Part shown: positions 27,261 to 42,200 of the stretch, piece after piece
Layout: every line of letters begins with the position of its first letter
How positions within the stretch are numbered: the stretch's first letter is position 1
Source: Ylistrum balloti
Taxonomy: Eukaryota
DNA: 64,000 nucleotides
Direction of reading: 5' to 3'
Assembly: GCF_031769215.1 (NCBI RefSeq)
Contig: NW_026781961.1
Location: 1,798,001-1,862,000, forward strand
Program-made: the position numbers and the translations under genes
The notes under the pieces: generated by a model
Seen by the model: only the letters and a program-made list of their open reading frames with translations
Told to the model about the DNA's origin: nothing
Databases searched by the model: none

Positions 27261-27808
27261 ATGATCGTGAATGACCCATGACATTGAAGTAAATAAAGAT
27301 GGCTTCAATTGTGTGAAACGTTCATTTACAATCAGTTATGTCTGCGTTGACTGATTGCACTCAGGTACCAGCCTCGTCTGTCTATACACTCACAATTATT
27401 CAAAATACCAACTATCGACTTACACAAACACAAGTTGTATAAGAGACATACTAAGATCAGAAGATAGTTACTAAAAAATCTGAAATATTTATAAAAAACA
27501 TCTTTAAAACGTCTCAGTTTTACGTAGTGAACGTGTGAACTTTAATAGACAACCATTTCAAATATAGTACAGTATCCAGTGGCTTACTTTCATAACTTAG
27601 TTCACAGAAATGAATAATATAAATATATGGTTTCTCGTTGGTATTTGGACAGTAACGATAAATCAGATAGACAACAAACTTTAAAAGCTTCATAAAATGT
27701 TGGGAATTAAACCAAAAACGCCTTTCTAATGTTTTGTGTATGACAGACGAAGATCACCGTTATCGTTAATTATTGAGTAGTTCTACCTCCGGTGGTAACT
27801 GTCACTAT

Positions 27809-28862
27809 GTTACCACTGGAGGTAGGGCAACTCAATGATCACATAACGACAGTCACCACTGGAGGTAGGGCAACTCAATGATCACATAACGACAGTCACC
27901 ACTGGAGGTAGGACTACTCAATGTTCACATAACGACAGTTACCACTGGAGGTAGGACTACTCAATGTTCACATAACGACAGTTACCACTGGAGGTAGGAC
28001 TACTCAATGTTCACATAACGACAGTTACCACTGGAGGTAGGGCTACTCAATGTTCACATAACGACAGTTACCACTGGAGGTAGGACTACTCAATGTTCAC
28101 ATAACGACAGTCACCACTGGAGGTAGGACTACTCAATGTTCACATAACGACAGTCACCACTGGAGGTAGGACTACTCAATGTTCACATAACGACAGTCAC
28201 CACTGGAGGTAGGACTACTCAATGTTCACATAACGACAGTCACCACTGGAGGTAGGACTACTCAATGTTCACATAACGACAGTTACCACTGGAGGTAGGA
28301 CTACTCAATGTTCACATAACGACAGTTACCACAGGAGGTAGGACTACTCAATGTTCACATAACGAGTCACCACCGGAGGTAAGACTACTCAATGTTCACA
28401 TAACGACATAACGACAAGTCACATACCAGTTACAGGAGGTAGGACTACTCAATGTTCACATAACGACAGTTACCACAGGAGGTAGGACTACTCAATGTTC
28501 ACATAACGACAGTCACCACAGGAGGTAGGACTACTCAATGTTCACATAACGACAGTCACCACTGGAGGTAGGACTACTCAATGTTCACATAACGACAGTC
28601 ACCACAGGAGGTAGGACTACTCAATGTTCACATAACGACAGTCACCACAGGAGGTAGGACTACTCAATGTTCACATAACGACAGTCACCACAGGAGGTAG
28701 GACTACTCAATGTTCACATAACGACAGTCACCACAGGAGGTAGGACTACTCAATGTTCACATAACGACAGTTACCACAGGAGGTAGGGCTACTCAATGTT
28801 CACATAACGACAGTCACCACAGGAGGTAGGACTACTCAATGTTCACATAACGACAGTTTCCA
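27809..28862. repeat. Tandem array, 43-bp unit, about 24 copies
   Basis: accac(t/a)ggaggtaggactactcaatgttcacataacgacagt(t/c); period checked at 27901/27944. Confidence 0.97.
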
Positions 28863-31040
28863 CTTGAGTCGCATGTACCAGGTAGTCTTTGATGTTATAT
28901 TTGATGATTTCTTTCTTTAAATCTATGTGTAGAAATGTGTTACAACTATGGTAAACACTGCTGTTGGGCTTTAACTCCCACAAGTTTCTCCAAAACCTGC
29001 ATGTAACATATAAATTCATACCAATAGTTGCACAGTTCAGAATGTACTTGACATTGTACTGAAATTATCTGATATATGAATATTGCGCAATTTTTAATTA
29101 TAGGGCTAATGAACCTCCCCATCTAGATTTTGACATTTCTTTCTTTGGATTTTCCTCAGTCGCTTCCGAGACTTCAAAATTTAAGCCCAGAGTCCTCAAA
29201 GGAAGAAGCAGCTGTAAGATGGAGTTTAATTCAGTTTTTGACTCTTTTGTATCAAACTCTACATTTGTATTAAAAGGTGATTTTCACTTGTGTATCTTTT
29301 ATACAATCTCAGGAGTGAACGGACAACAAAACACCAGGCTGTTTACATTGTTTTTATTTCATCATAGATGCAGTATTCCATACTGCCAGCACAGCTAAAT
29401 GAGACATTGGCATTGTATAAAATACGAGAAAAGTTGTCTACTTCAAATAGAAATAGAATCGGTCTCTAAATTTGTATCTAGGTCTTAACTTTTAAGAGAT
29501 GAATTAAAGTAAACATCATTCTATGTCATTTGAAATATTTTACTTTGTTTAAATTTGTAACCGTTAACTAACTGGGTGTTCTACTGACAGAAAATATCTA
29601 ATCCCAAATACATGACCTTCACAAATGATTGTGGAGATGTTGATAATACATGTAAACAATATCCATAACCTTTGACCTTTGCATAGTAAAAAATCTCATA
29701 AATAAAGTTACAGAATTATGAAATGAATTTGATTGACCTCAAAACCTTTAACACAGATTCTAAACTAGCACTAATAGTACTGCTTTCAACTTAAGGCACC
29801 AAAAACGAATAAGTGGTTTCTAAAGGCTACAAAGGATGGAATTATCATATCACAAGTCTTAATATTCAGGCATTGATTGTGTGCAGGATGGGGGTGGGGG
29901 TTGGGGTGTTGGGGGAGGGGGGGGTCATTCTTATCTCTATAATTAGCTACAATACTTTATTCTTATTCTATGACTCTGGTAAACTTCAAAGTAGGTGCAT
30001 TATAAGTTCATGCTTAGATGTCTGGATGAGCAAAGTCTGTGATTTGTTTGAAACCTACATTTTGTCCAAATTACCAGGGCTTTTCCATTTGTTTCCAGAT
30101 AATCAAATAATCAAGACTTCCTTGTAACAATAGGAAACTGGTTTAATTAAGGAACATACTTGAGTCAAACGAATCTTATTTTTAACGTCAACATAGTTTT
30201 TAGTATCTGGGTTACTACAAATATTTTAGGAAATAAGATCAGCTAAATTTTCTTTCAAGTTAAATTTGCTGTTTATTACAAATCTAAGTAGTTAAAAGAT
30301 TTTCTGTAATTGATCAATGTGGCCCAAAGCAAAGTCCCCACTCCCATGCATCAATATATCATTGTTAGATGAATTTGCAGAAATTGTGAAAGGTGAAATT
30401 TTACCCCTTAACTTTGATTGATGACCTTCTAGATAAAGAGTGAAGAACATGTTACTATGGAACAAGTATGAACCAAAATGTGTTACGAGATTCTCAATAT
30501 ATGGGAATGAATCTCAACCGGGATACAACAGGACAGTCAGGCATGGATAACACTACATCACTCCACCCCATATAATAGTCGGGGTTAACAACAGACCAGA
30601 ATTGAAAGATTTTGTTGCAATGATTTTACAAGTGAACTGAATTTGTTACAAGTAGACAGTTGTAATACAAAGTATTTTTTTTAATTAAAACTTGATTTTA
30701 GAATCAATTAAAATAAAAAGGGGGAATACATCTTTGAAATGAATTAAGATAATTATTAATGTTTAATTGATCAATCAAACAAAAGAGATAATTTCTAAAG
30801 GTAGAGTGTTGTACATACAAAGAACACATTGTTTGGTAATAAACAAATCAAAAAAGATAATGAGAAAAATATGAAACCATAAATCTTATGTTTCTTGGTA
30901 TACTTTAATAGGAAAATATGTATGTTTTGATTAATTTAATATAAAATTGAACATGAAAAGTTCATTAAAAAAATAATGGGAGATATTTGGACGGTTTCAT
31001 TAAAATGTAAACATTAACTTTATAGAATGAAGATATATTG

Positions 31041-31560
31041 GGACGGATGTATAAACATAGCATTCTCTATGGACAGATTGGGACCGATTTATAAACATAA
31101 CATTCACTATGGACAGATTGGGACCGATTTATAAACATAACATTCACTATGGACAGATTGGGACCGATTTATAAACATAACATTCACTATGGACAGATTG
31201 GGACCGATTTATAAACATAACATTCACTATGGACAGATTGGGACCGATTTATAAACATAACATTCACTATGGACAGATTGGGACCGATTTATAAACATAA
31301 CATTCACTATGGACAGATTGGGACCGATTTATAAACATAACATTCACTATGGACAGATTGGGACCGATTTATAAACATAACATTCACTATGGACAGATTG
31401 GGACCGATTTATAAACATAACATTCAAAACAGACAGATTGGGATCGATTTATAAACATAACATTCACTATGGACAGATTGGGACCGATTTATAAACATAA
31501 CATTCTCTACAGACAGATTGGTACAAATTTATAAACACCAACTTTTACAATGGACAGATT
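31041..31560. repeat. Tandem array, 40-bp unit, about 13 copies
   Basis: ggaccgatttataaacataacattcactatggacagattg; the central copies are identical. Confidence 0.97.
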
Positions 31561-33110
31561 GGTATAGGATTTCAAAAAACCAACAATATCTCTACAGATA
31601 TATTGAGATAAATGATATTTCACCCCCCAATGAACTGATAACAAAGACATATCAATAATGAATGAATATTCCAAGCATTGAATAATGAAATCCTCTCAAT
31701 ATTTCTAAATTTCATAACCGACATGTAAAATGAAAAAAAATGTCACAAAAAACAGCCATCATACTTAAGTTTTTGTAAAAGATTAACTTCCATTATTTAG
31801 TGTTTGGTATAAATTAAACATCAAATTGCAGTAAGATACATCATATCATATATTAAATAGACATCCACAAAGCCAGCTCTGTTTTTCGGAAGGTTGATAG
31901 TTTCAGAATAAACAATTCCAGAAAAAAAAAAATAAAGGTAGTAGGGAGTTACTTTACCAATAGTTTTGTGACGGGAATAAAACTGTAAAAAACAGATGCC
32001 TTGAAAATACTGCAAAATCTTAACCTTTGAAACACATTGTCTTGGTTGAGGGAGGTTTTTATAAATAAGCATTGAAAGTCAAAAAGTTGTTGGGACACAG
32101 ATTTGATAAATAGAATCTATCTGTTCTGTGAATATCTTAACTTGACTGTAAGAGTTTGGCTGGTCAGTAGGGAGATTATCTGGTGTTGGGTAGTCACACC
32201 CTTACACAAAGGTTAAGATATCTCTGTCCACGGAACAAAACCATTCTTAATTATCTTATTCATATATCAAAAACGGAAAAAAAAACCCAACATACCGAAA
32301 GTCGTTGTGAAACCCATTTATCGCGCCATCATCAATGTCCAATGGAATGTGCGTCAAAAATATTGACATTATCAATATGTGACATGGTTATGCGTAATGA
32401 AGTAATGACGCTATCCCATTGTAAGTAGCATCATGACCTGTGCCAGCTGTCACATCCCTAGCAAGAACAGGATAATCCAGTGAGGTATGTGAAGAATAAC
32501 ATTCAAAGTAAACTAACATAAATCTGCCGAGGAGTCATGGAATATAAATCTGCGATTTTTGTAAATGAGATGATATGAACTGTTCCTACCTCATAATAAC
32601 AGAAAGTAAAAACACAATGTATAACACTAGTCATTCAGGAGCCAAGAAATCTCTTCATCATAAAGTCCTTACTTAATACAATTACATTCAAAATAACAAA
32701 TATTTCATGTGAATGTAACAAAAATATCACAGATTGTTGTGTTAATATTAAATCATAATTTAAAATTACATTTGACAAGCAGTTATTTTTCATATATATT
32801 GATATATCGTTTCAATCTACTTCCTTGGAAAATTGTTTAAGGAAATTACTAAAACATGAATCAAATGCTGTTTTTCAAAAGTTACAACAGAATACAACCT
32901 TGATATTGTTAAACCGTTCCTTTTGTTAAGAGAAGTTTCAGATCTTTAGAAAATTATTGTAACACCACAACGGTATGTTCAACATGGTTAGTAACAGGTT
33001 TTCCGTTTTTCGTAACGCTTGCTATTGCTAGGAATTGTCTCAGCGACAAACATCAGTACTCTTGTGTACAACTGTAATATATAAAGAATCATTAGTATGG
33101 TAGTAATCTA

Positions 33111-33254
33111 CTACGTTTGTAGTAGATTTTTTACAGTCGAACTTGTGTCTACACTAGAACTTCTCCGTGATAACACTTTACTGCCGTAGGGTACGTCTGA
33201 GTCTTTTATCTCTGTAGCTCTCTTGTACAACTTAGCCGCAGTCTCAAAGTCCTT
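33111..33254 (-). CDS. NPHP3: NPHP3 terminal coding exon 29
   Basis: [18 protein letters not shown]...KNLLQT*; TAG at 33111-33113. Confidence 0.94.
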   Translation of the reverse strand, partial: KDFETAAKLYKRATEIKDSDVPYGSKVLSRRSSSVDTSSTVKNLLQT

Positions 33255-36200
33255 CTGTAAGTACACATCAGAAAACTGAATAAGATATCTGATAGTATAA
33301 TTTACTAACATCACTCATGTACAATTCTTTTTACAGTAAATTTAAGTAAAAGATAGTCTGATTGGACATACAAGTTTATCTCATAAACCAATCATTTGTA
33401 TTCTTACATTTACACATACAGTTAAATACAAACATCGAAATATCTTGTACCATATTTAAATTTTTTTTTTACAAAAGTCAATATTTGATTATTCAATCCA
33501 GTGATATATTTCTTTCTCAAGTACACAATTATTAAAATATCATTTATAAATAAGTACATCACTATTTTGAAATGTAAATCCTTACTATTTTTACAGAAGT
33601 TTTGCACAGTTTAACTTCCGATCATTACTCCTGAATGAAGGATATTTTCTTAACTTTACATACATTGAATGCATCAAAATTTGGACAGTTGATAAGTAGG
33701 AATACTAATTAAACATGCCTGTTCATATTTCATGACTGCGAGGTTGCGTAACGTCTCAGCAACGCGGGGATTATGAGCACCAAGACTTTCCTCATATATC
33801 TTCAAAGCTCTTTCGTACATAGGCTCGGCTTCAGCATACTTGTTCTGAAAAAACATTTTCTTTTTCTATCAGTAAATTAACAAATCACCAGAACAAAAAA
33901 CCAATCCAAGCAACAGAAAATATATTATTCATAGTGTACGTCATTTCAACAGCCAAGCTTTGAGAATAATAGAATATATAAAAACAAGAGGCCCAATGGG
34001 TCTGAATTTACTATTGTTCACTTGTCCAGCAGTTTATGAAGAGAAGACTTAGGGACGCTTTGGCATGAACCAGTTGAAACAGTACAGGTGGTTTGGATTC
34101 CATGATACAGGAACATACATGTACCAGATGTTGAAACTGATATATGTAAAGCTCAAAATGCAAAGTTTCGGAATTTCCTGTCAAGCATTAAACGACGAAC
34201 TAAAAATGAAATACAGTCCATTTTAACTTATACTTAATAGCATAATGCTTCCAGAAATATGTTTCTGTGCTGTCCCTGTCTTATGCTGAAATCCTCAAAT
34301 CTAGTGATTTTCAACAAGTTAGTTTTGGACTGGTACAACTGGACCCTCAATCTGCACTTTCGTCCCTATCTGAACCTGGCATTTTTCATGTAGGTTCAAC
34401 CTATGCAAATGTTTCAAACTCTTATGCTAAAGTTTGTTCATACAACCAAATTATACTATATCTTTCTAATATGCATCTCTGAGCCTCTTGGTTACATAGG
34501 ATAAATTGTTTAAAGATTTCAACACATTTGAACCCTGTGACCTTGGTTGAAATTTCTTTTTTATTTTAAGAAGTAATAGATCTTCACCTCAGTATGCTAC
34601 AGGCAAACTATCATGACCCTAGGCTTTAAAGTTAGAAGTTGTAGCTACCCTTACCTTATATACTTTGTCAAAATGTGTGAAAACCTACCTGTAAGGATTA
34701 ATGACCCTGACTTACCTGTTGAGAATAAAGTACAGCTAGGTTGACGAGTGCTGTGGCAACAGATGGGTGATATGCACCGAACGACTTCTCGCGTATCTCT
34801 ATGGCTTGTTTGTACAATGGCTCGGCCTGCTCATATTTACCCTACACCAATACAAAAACAAATGATTGATTATCAGGTTTTAATGCTATTCAAATACTGC
34901 CTTATCAAACAAGCTTTTGAATATTTGTTGATATCCCTAGTTTTTTGCAATAGATACTAGTAATTTATGTCACAATGAGGTCAAAATCTTTAAAATAATT
35001 ATTAAGAAATTTCTACTATAACAGGTCTGTATTTTATTACAGCTGACCCTTCATAATCCAAACACCTTTTCCCCAGCCAAAATTGTCCCGATTACAATTT
35101 TCTGGCCTGTCAAGCTTTGTCAACTGGATAATATAGCAGAGTGATCTCCCTTGATTACATGACAATAAAGTCGTCAGTATGATGGTGTAGGTTGTATTCT
35201 GAATGTCTATATAGTATTTACTGTCAATAAAGGTATATACAAATGTCTTTCATTGTCTACATTACTTTCAATTTCATAAATAATTATCATGAAATAATTA
35301 TGATTTTGATATAGATAATTTTCAAAGTTGAAAAGTTGTTTTCTTCATTTAAGTATCACAATTCAATATATTGTTTTATTGATATCAACAGCGATGTTTT
35401 GCTCAACAAGAGGCCTAGCAGCCTTGACACTCAACTGAGATACGCAATATTGAATATACAGGTTAAAGGGTAACTTTCATGAAAAAGAAATTATGACATT
35501 GAATATAGTATGCTAGTGTCAATATATGCATACCATCAAAACTGTCACCCTATACTAATAATTCATACAAAGCTATTTCCAGTGAGAAATAAACAACATT
35601 ATGCTCAAATTTTTTTCTAGGAAAATTACAGTAGTCAACTTCCTTCCGAGGAAGAAATGTTGAGCCCCATTTTGTTAAGTTGCCACCAATGCTTTACAAT
35701 TTCAGTTCTTACCATCACCGATGAGTCCTTAAAGAACAAAGTATCTGTCTAATTAATGCAGTTAAATTATTTAACTCTAAATTAAAGGTGCTATTCACTT
35801 GTGTGCCTTTTGTACAATCTCCGACAATTGAGCAAAATACAAAGTCAATGAAATCCCTTTCTGTATAAGCTTTGGGAAATGTTTTTCAAACGAAATGTAA
35901 ATACTCCCAGACAATACTTAATTTCCAGGAATTTGTGTTTCCTTTCCTCACCTGTTTCCTGTATAGTGTTGCCAGATGCTTCACAATGGTCGCCACACTG
36001 TCATGGTTAATGCTTAAATACTGCAACACAAGAAAATAGATTTATCTATTAACAAAATTATAATTCTAAATGATGTATGGTTTTGATAAAGCCATATTAT
36101 TCAGACTTTCAGATTGCTGTGTTATTGCACCAAAATAAAACAAGAAAATACCAACATGTCAACATAATTGTAATCCAACACTGAATAAAAGAAAATCCAA

Positions 36201-39200
36201 AACTTCACAAAATAATTACCATAAGACTGTTTTAAATTAGTATATGAAAATAGTGACATTACATATTTTTATAGGCCCTGTACTGCCTGTTTGTACAGTG
36301 AAGCATTGTCATCACACTTTTACATGTATTCTGTATACACAGCAAAACACTAAATGTATAAATTCTGACAACCAGTGTATAATGGGTATATACTTTGCTG
36401 CGGATCTGTAGCGCCCGTTCATATAATGGAGCAGCTTTATCTAACTGTTTACGGTCGTTGTAGAGAGCAGCCAAGTTGTTGAGACTCTGTGCTACATCTA
36501 AATGGTCTGGACCCAATGTCACCTCCCGCATCTCTAAGGAACGCTTGAAGAATGACTCAGCAGTTCTGAAGATAAAAATCAGAGGTTGTTTCTACATTTC
36601 TATACATGGATTCACAATTTGCTAATTTTGTTGTACAGTTTATACAAAAATTAAACAAGTAAGTGGATACCAATTCTATACATCTGATTCGTACCATACT
36701 TCAAAAGCAACTTTTCCGCTTATAGCTTAAATCAAAATAATTCACTATTTATCTCAACATCCAACCACTTCAACTCACCACTAATTCTAAGTATACTTTT
36801 ACCTAAAGGAAGACTGAGTTTCCAAACACATCAGACTTTAATACTTTAATTGATGGAAAATAAGACTAGTGTATCTTATAAATAAGTTCTAGAGTTTACA
36901 AATATGAATATGTTAACAGAAGGATGAAATTATACCTTAAGTTACAACTGAATTCAGACCTTGATTTATGGTTTAAACTAGAGATGTCAGTTCGATAGAA
37001 ATTCTTATTCGAATATTTGTCTGTTTCAGGATTTGAATAATCGTTTTCATATTAATTCCATACAGTATGTTACACAACTTTCAGAAGGCAGTCATTACAC
37101 ATTACTGTACTGGTAATATTTAAACAAAACAGACTGAAATGGTGCCTACAGTGGTGTAATGTCTCAATTTCTTTATTATGATGAAAGAAACATAACTAAG
37201 TTTAACTGAAAAGGGCAGTAGAATAAATGAAATAAATTTCTAGGTCTATTTATCTGGTTTAAGGACTTGGTTTTGATTATACGAAATTAAACGAAATGAA
37301 GTCATGGGAAAGACACACATATATCCTCTCATACATCATAACTAAGAAAACATTGTTATTTTGTTTGAACTTTAAACAGTCAAGTTAGATCAAGAAATAT
37401 ATTCAACAGCACTTACCTGATGGTCTTATTTAATTAGGTATTTAGAAAACATAGTATTTGATTTATGGAAACATAGACCATCACGTGAAAACACACATTT
37501 CTAGAATAAATACTTCTATCGCAATAAAGGAAGTCAACGATCAGCACCGGATATAATTTCTCTAATGACTTGCTATTAAGTATAAGTGTTATACACTCAC
37601 TCGAGGTTATTTTGTAGGTAGTACAATACTCCCAGTTCATTTAAGGTACGTGCCAGGTCTGGGGAGTCGGGACCTATTGCTAACTCCTCCAACTGAAGAG
37701 CTCGCCTCTGTACTACTGACTTCATCTGTCCCTGCAAAGATATAATTTACAAAAACTGATGCTGGTAGAATGTCAATTAACAATAAACACGATAATGATG
37801 TGAAATATACAACATTATGACCTCTTCTTATCGAAACAACTCTCTTAATCCTAAATATAAATCTTTTCCTAAAGAAAAAAATATCTCTGGAAAGACACTA
37901 TTTGTTCTCGTTAGTCAAAACAAAATCCTTTTAACTGATGTAGTACACTACTTACGGAATGTGAGCGAGGAGTTTTAGCTTTCTTCCTGATTGACATAGC
38001 TCTTTTCTTCAGCGGCTCTGCTAAATCATGCCTAGGAGTAAATTTTCAAAAATTAAATAGACATCTAAATAATATAAATCTAGTATTTTCAAATGACATT
38101 TAAAAATATTTCAAACAATTCAAATTAAGTAATGATTCCTTTATTTCTATGAATTCCTTTGTAGTAATGTCTAAATATATCATATACATGACGTATAAGG
38201 ATTGTAAACTATATAAGCCTTTGGGTTCTTCAGAACTTGATCAAGCAGTAGCAAGCCACAGCAGCTAGCAAGCTTCTTGTCCATTTTTCTCCATTATCTT
38301 AAGATAAGATATCACCAAACCTCAGCATAGAACTTACAGCAATAATGATATCCGATAGTATAAACTGATACAGAATTTTCCCTAGTACAAATGTATATTG
38401 GCCATCCTAGAATCAGAGAGATCTTACTTGTCTTGTTTCTGGTACAACACAGCCAGAGCATCCAGTTCTTTAGCTACCAGGTGATGATCACCACCATAGG
38501 CGTTCTCGTACATGGTCAGGGCCTGTTTGTAAAAGTCCTCGGCAGTGGAGAACTTCCCCCACTGGGCATGCAGCCCTGCCAACTGGTGCTGAGATCGTGC
38601 AACGATTGGGTGGTCGGGATCTAGGGCAATCTCACGCACCTCTAATGCCCTCTGGAGGGCAGGTACTGCCTAGAAGTCAGCAAATGTATAAATTAATTTA
38701 TTAATTATCATTGCCATTTCATTTTCAAATTTTTCAAATTCATTTGTTGTTTAAAATTATACGAAATACTCCTTTAAGTTTCAAGTTTTCATAAATTATG
38801 TACTTAAGGACAATTGAACTGAATTGACCTTGTGTAAATACAAACGTACATACAAACCTCGCTGAAGTAAATTTTCAGAGGCATGAAAGGAACAACGACA
38901 AATTTAACCCTAAATTTTTGGTGTGAAAGATTTGTTTAGAATTGTCTTTTCTAACTGATACATGTATGTAGCATGTTAACAATAATTAGAAGAAAATTCT
39001 GACTTTACCTGACTAAGGAGGCCGAGATCTTTAAGAAATCTTCCTTGGGATTCGTACATGTCCGCTATCCTGGGTAAAGTTACCAGACCATTGTGTTGAC
39101 CTACAGCTGTAAAGAATCATATGTCATTCATTTGGTAATGGCTGTCACCAATACATACCAGTCCATCATCAACACATATAGTAAATAATGCTTCTTCAGG

Positions 39201-42200
39201 TAATCTTTTACTAGAGAATGAGAAATCATGCTATAGCTCTATAATAAGTTTTTTCTGAGGTAATCAGTTGCTTATATGATGCCAGACTATCACTTTCTTG
39301 AATAATTGCACTTTCAAGGTATCTATTTTTCTCAATTTTATTCCTTGAAAATAACATATGTAACAGAAGCAATTTTATGAGGACTACTACAATTAACAGC
39401 CTTAATTAATGAATTTTTTCATAGAATATTTCAAGTAAGTTTTCAATATATCTAATTTTTCAATATCTATAAATTTTTAATTCAGAATACCTCACACTTG
39501 AAACATAACTTGGAAGTATTGACAAAGTAAATGAATTTATTAATAAATACTAACAAAGCAGCATCATATAAGCAACTGATTACCTCAGAAACTTATTACA
39601 GAACTGATTTTAATTCCTACATTTACACAAAATGAATTAAAGATTCAAACATCAGTTTGCTTAAACATCAATGTTCACTGTAACTAATAACCAAATGGCC
39701 ATTAGTAAATTCCTTGTAGTAATACAACATAACCTATACAAGTAGTATTTCTTCAGTCATTGATAATTATAGAAGGTAAATGAATGTTAAATTAGACACC
39801 ACTGAAATTTTAACAGAGCTGCCCTTTCACTTACTAGCCTCCATTCTGCGCGTGGCCTGGAAATATGCTTGAGCCATACTGTTCTTGTCTGCAGCAATAT
39901 ACTGCCAGTAACTAATTAACTCAGCACACCGCCCTCTGTAATAAATAATAGTTACAGACAAATTCTCAAGTGAAACCTGTCAATGTATGCCATCCAACTG
40001 AGATGAATTTAAATTTCTTATTAAGGGCTACTTCAAAGGCCAGAAATTAAGAAATTCTTGATAACAAGAGAAAATGCTGAAAGTCATGGTATTTACACTG
40101 CAATAAGACAAAAGATCCATTACAATATTATTATTACAGAGAACCCCTTAATGTCACATCTGTTAATGTCACTTTCCAGTTAATATCACATTTTTTTTAA
40201 ACAGAGTTTTTCCTTACATATTCTATGTAATCCTGATACTGATAATGTCACTTATTTTCATGTGGACAACACTTAATATCACTTCATTTTGCCGACTATC
40301 ACATAAAAAACAGGTTAATCACAGATAAGTGAGGACAGGATCAATGGATTCATGTCTGTATTATTACATTCTTAACAGTTAACACATAAAAGGTCATTAC
40401 GGCCATCAACCATTGAGGTCCATTACATAACCTCTGATTCAATGTACAAATGTGGGCTATATCCCCATTACAGAATAATGGTCTATCATATGTTGACATC
40501 TCTAGTCAAAATGCTGTGATAGATGATTGGGTTTGTTACTATATACATGATCAATGCAAAATAAAGACACTACCCTATATGTGGTACTACTTGTGTTAAA
40601 TCACTTTTCATAGAAGCCACCATTTGTTAAAAGAAAAGTTCTGCTATCATGCATTTTCATTTTTGACTGAAATAGTCGTAAGCCTTTTCTCTAGAAGTAC
40701 ATTTTTTTGGAAAGTGATTGTAATGGACTTCTGGATGAGTTCTTCTAAAGCACATCCCTCATAAGATATTAATGTTTCCTTTGCTACATAGAGACAGAGA
40801 TAAAACAATAAAATTTATATACCTGGTAAAGATAATATAATGAATTGGCTGGCTTGATGACAAAGGAATAGATAATTACATGTACCAGTAGGTTACTTAA
40901 TACTCTACTTACTTAAGATAAATCTACTGGAATAGACAGGTAAAGTATTCCCTAACTGGCCTTAAATCGTTGGGACAGATACAGGTAAAGCATATCTTGC
41001 TTACCTGGTATAAAATTGTTGGAATAGACACGGGTAGTATACCTCACTTACCTGGCATAAAATCGTTGGAACAGACACAAATTCAATATACACTTTTCTA
41101 AACTGTCTTTGTCACCCTTCTGTCTAATTAGCCAGGGAAGTTCATCAGACACCCGACATGTCAACTTTCCTGGACTGAAACACATAAGACACATGGGAAT
41201 TTATTTACATGTATGATAAATTAAGTGGTTTGAAACACACCAGACACATAATGAATCAAATGGGTTGAAACATATCACTGATATGCATCGAGTGGGTTGA
41301 AACACAACTGTATATTTATGGTGAAGTAAGTAGGTACCTGGTCATTATTGATATTGTAAAACACAAATTTGTTTAAAAAGAAAGAAATCACACTGATAAC
41401 TGAATTTATCCTGCAGAAGGAAAGCAGAGACAATATGCTCCCATGAAAATTTTTCAAACATAAAAAGAAGAAAACATGCAACTTTTGCTTTCTTGACTTT
41501 TTGCGATATTGAACGTATTGCTTAATTCGTGAAAATTATATAAATGCAAAAAATTTCTGATATATGGTATTGTAGCAGAAGTGATACATGTACTGACATG
41601 TTACAGGTGAGTTGTTCGCGAGACAATTTAAAAGCAAAAATTTATCATCAAAATCAGACAATGATTGACATGACTGGAGGGCAGTTTAATCAGATAACGT
41701 ACCTTTGGAATTGTGTGAAGTATTGCACTAGGTCTTGTCGTAGTTGAGGGACTAGCTTCACTTCCTCCTTACCAAAACAATATTCCTGTACAGCTTTCTC
41801 TACCTAGCAGTGAAATTCAGAAAATAATGAAAATCATTATATATTGAAAAAAACACAAGTGAAAAAAACTTGGAAGTTGCCCCCAATAAAATGTTCAATT
41901 ACTTTTATTGTTTGACTTATTTCTATAAACAGTAACAGCAATTTTTAACTTGAACACTGAAACATAAACATAGATTTAGAGATATTTCATGTATGAACTT
42001 TACATATGTGTTGATCAGTATACCTAAAGAGTGCCAACACCAACAAAGTTGATGATTTTCTATATAAACATGTAGTTATATTGTGACCTTAACCCTTGAC
42101 TCCAAAGAAATGCAGTGAGTAGAGCACTGAAACAATTTAAGATTTATTATCATGCAACATTCTGTAAATTATGTGTATTTGATCATAAAGGTACATGCAT

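Noticed and set aside
27809-31560. The 43-bp and 40-bp arrays as CRISPR arrays
   Set aside because: Units are directly adjacent with no unique spacers, there are no cas genes, and the context is eukaryotic
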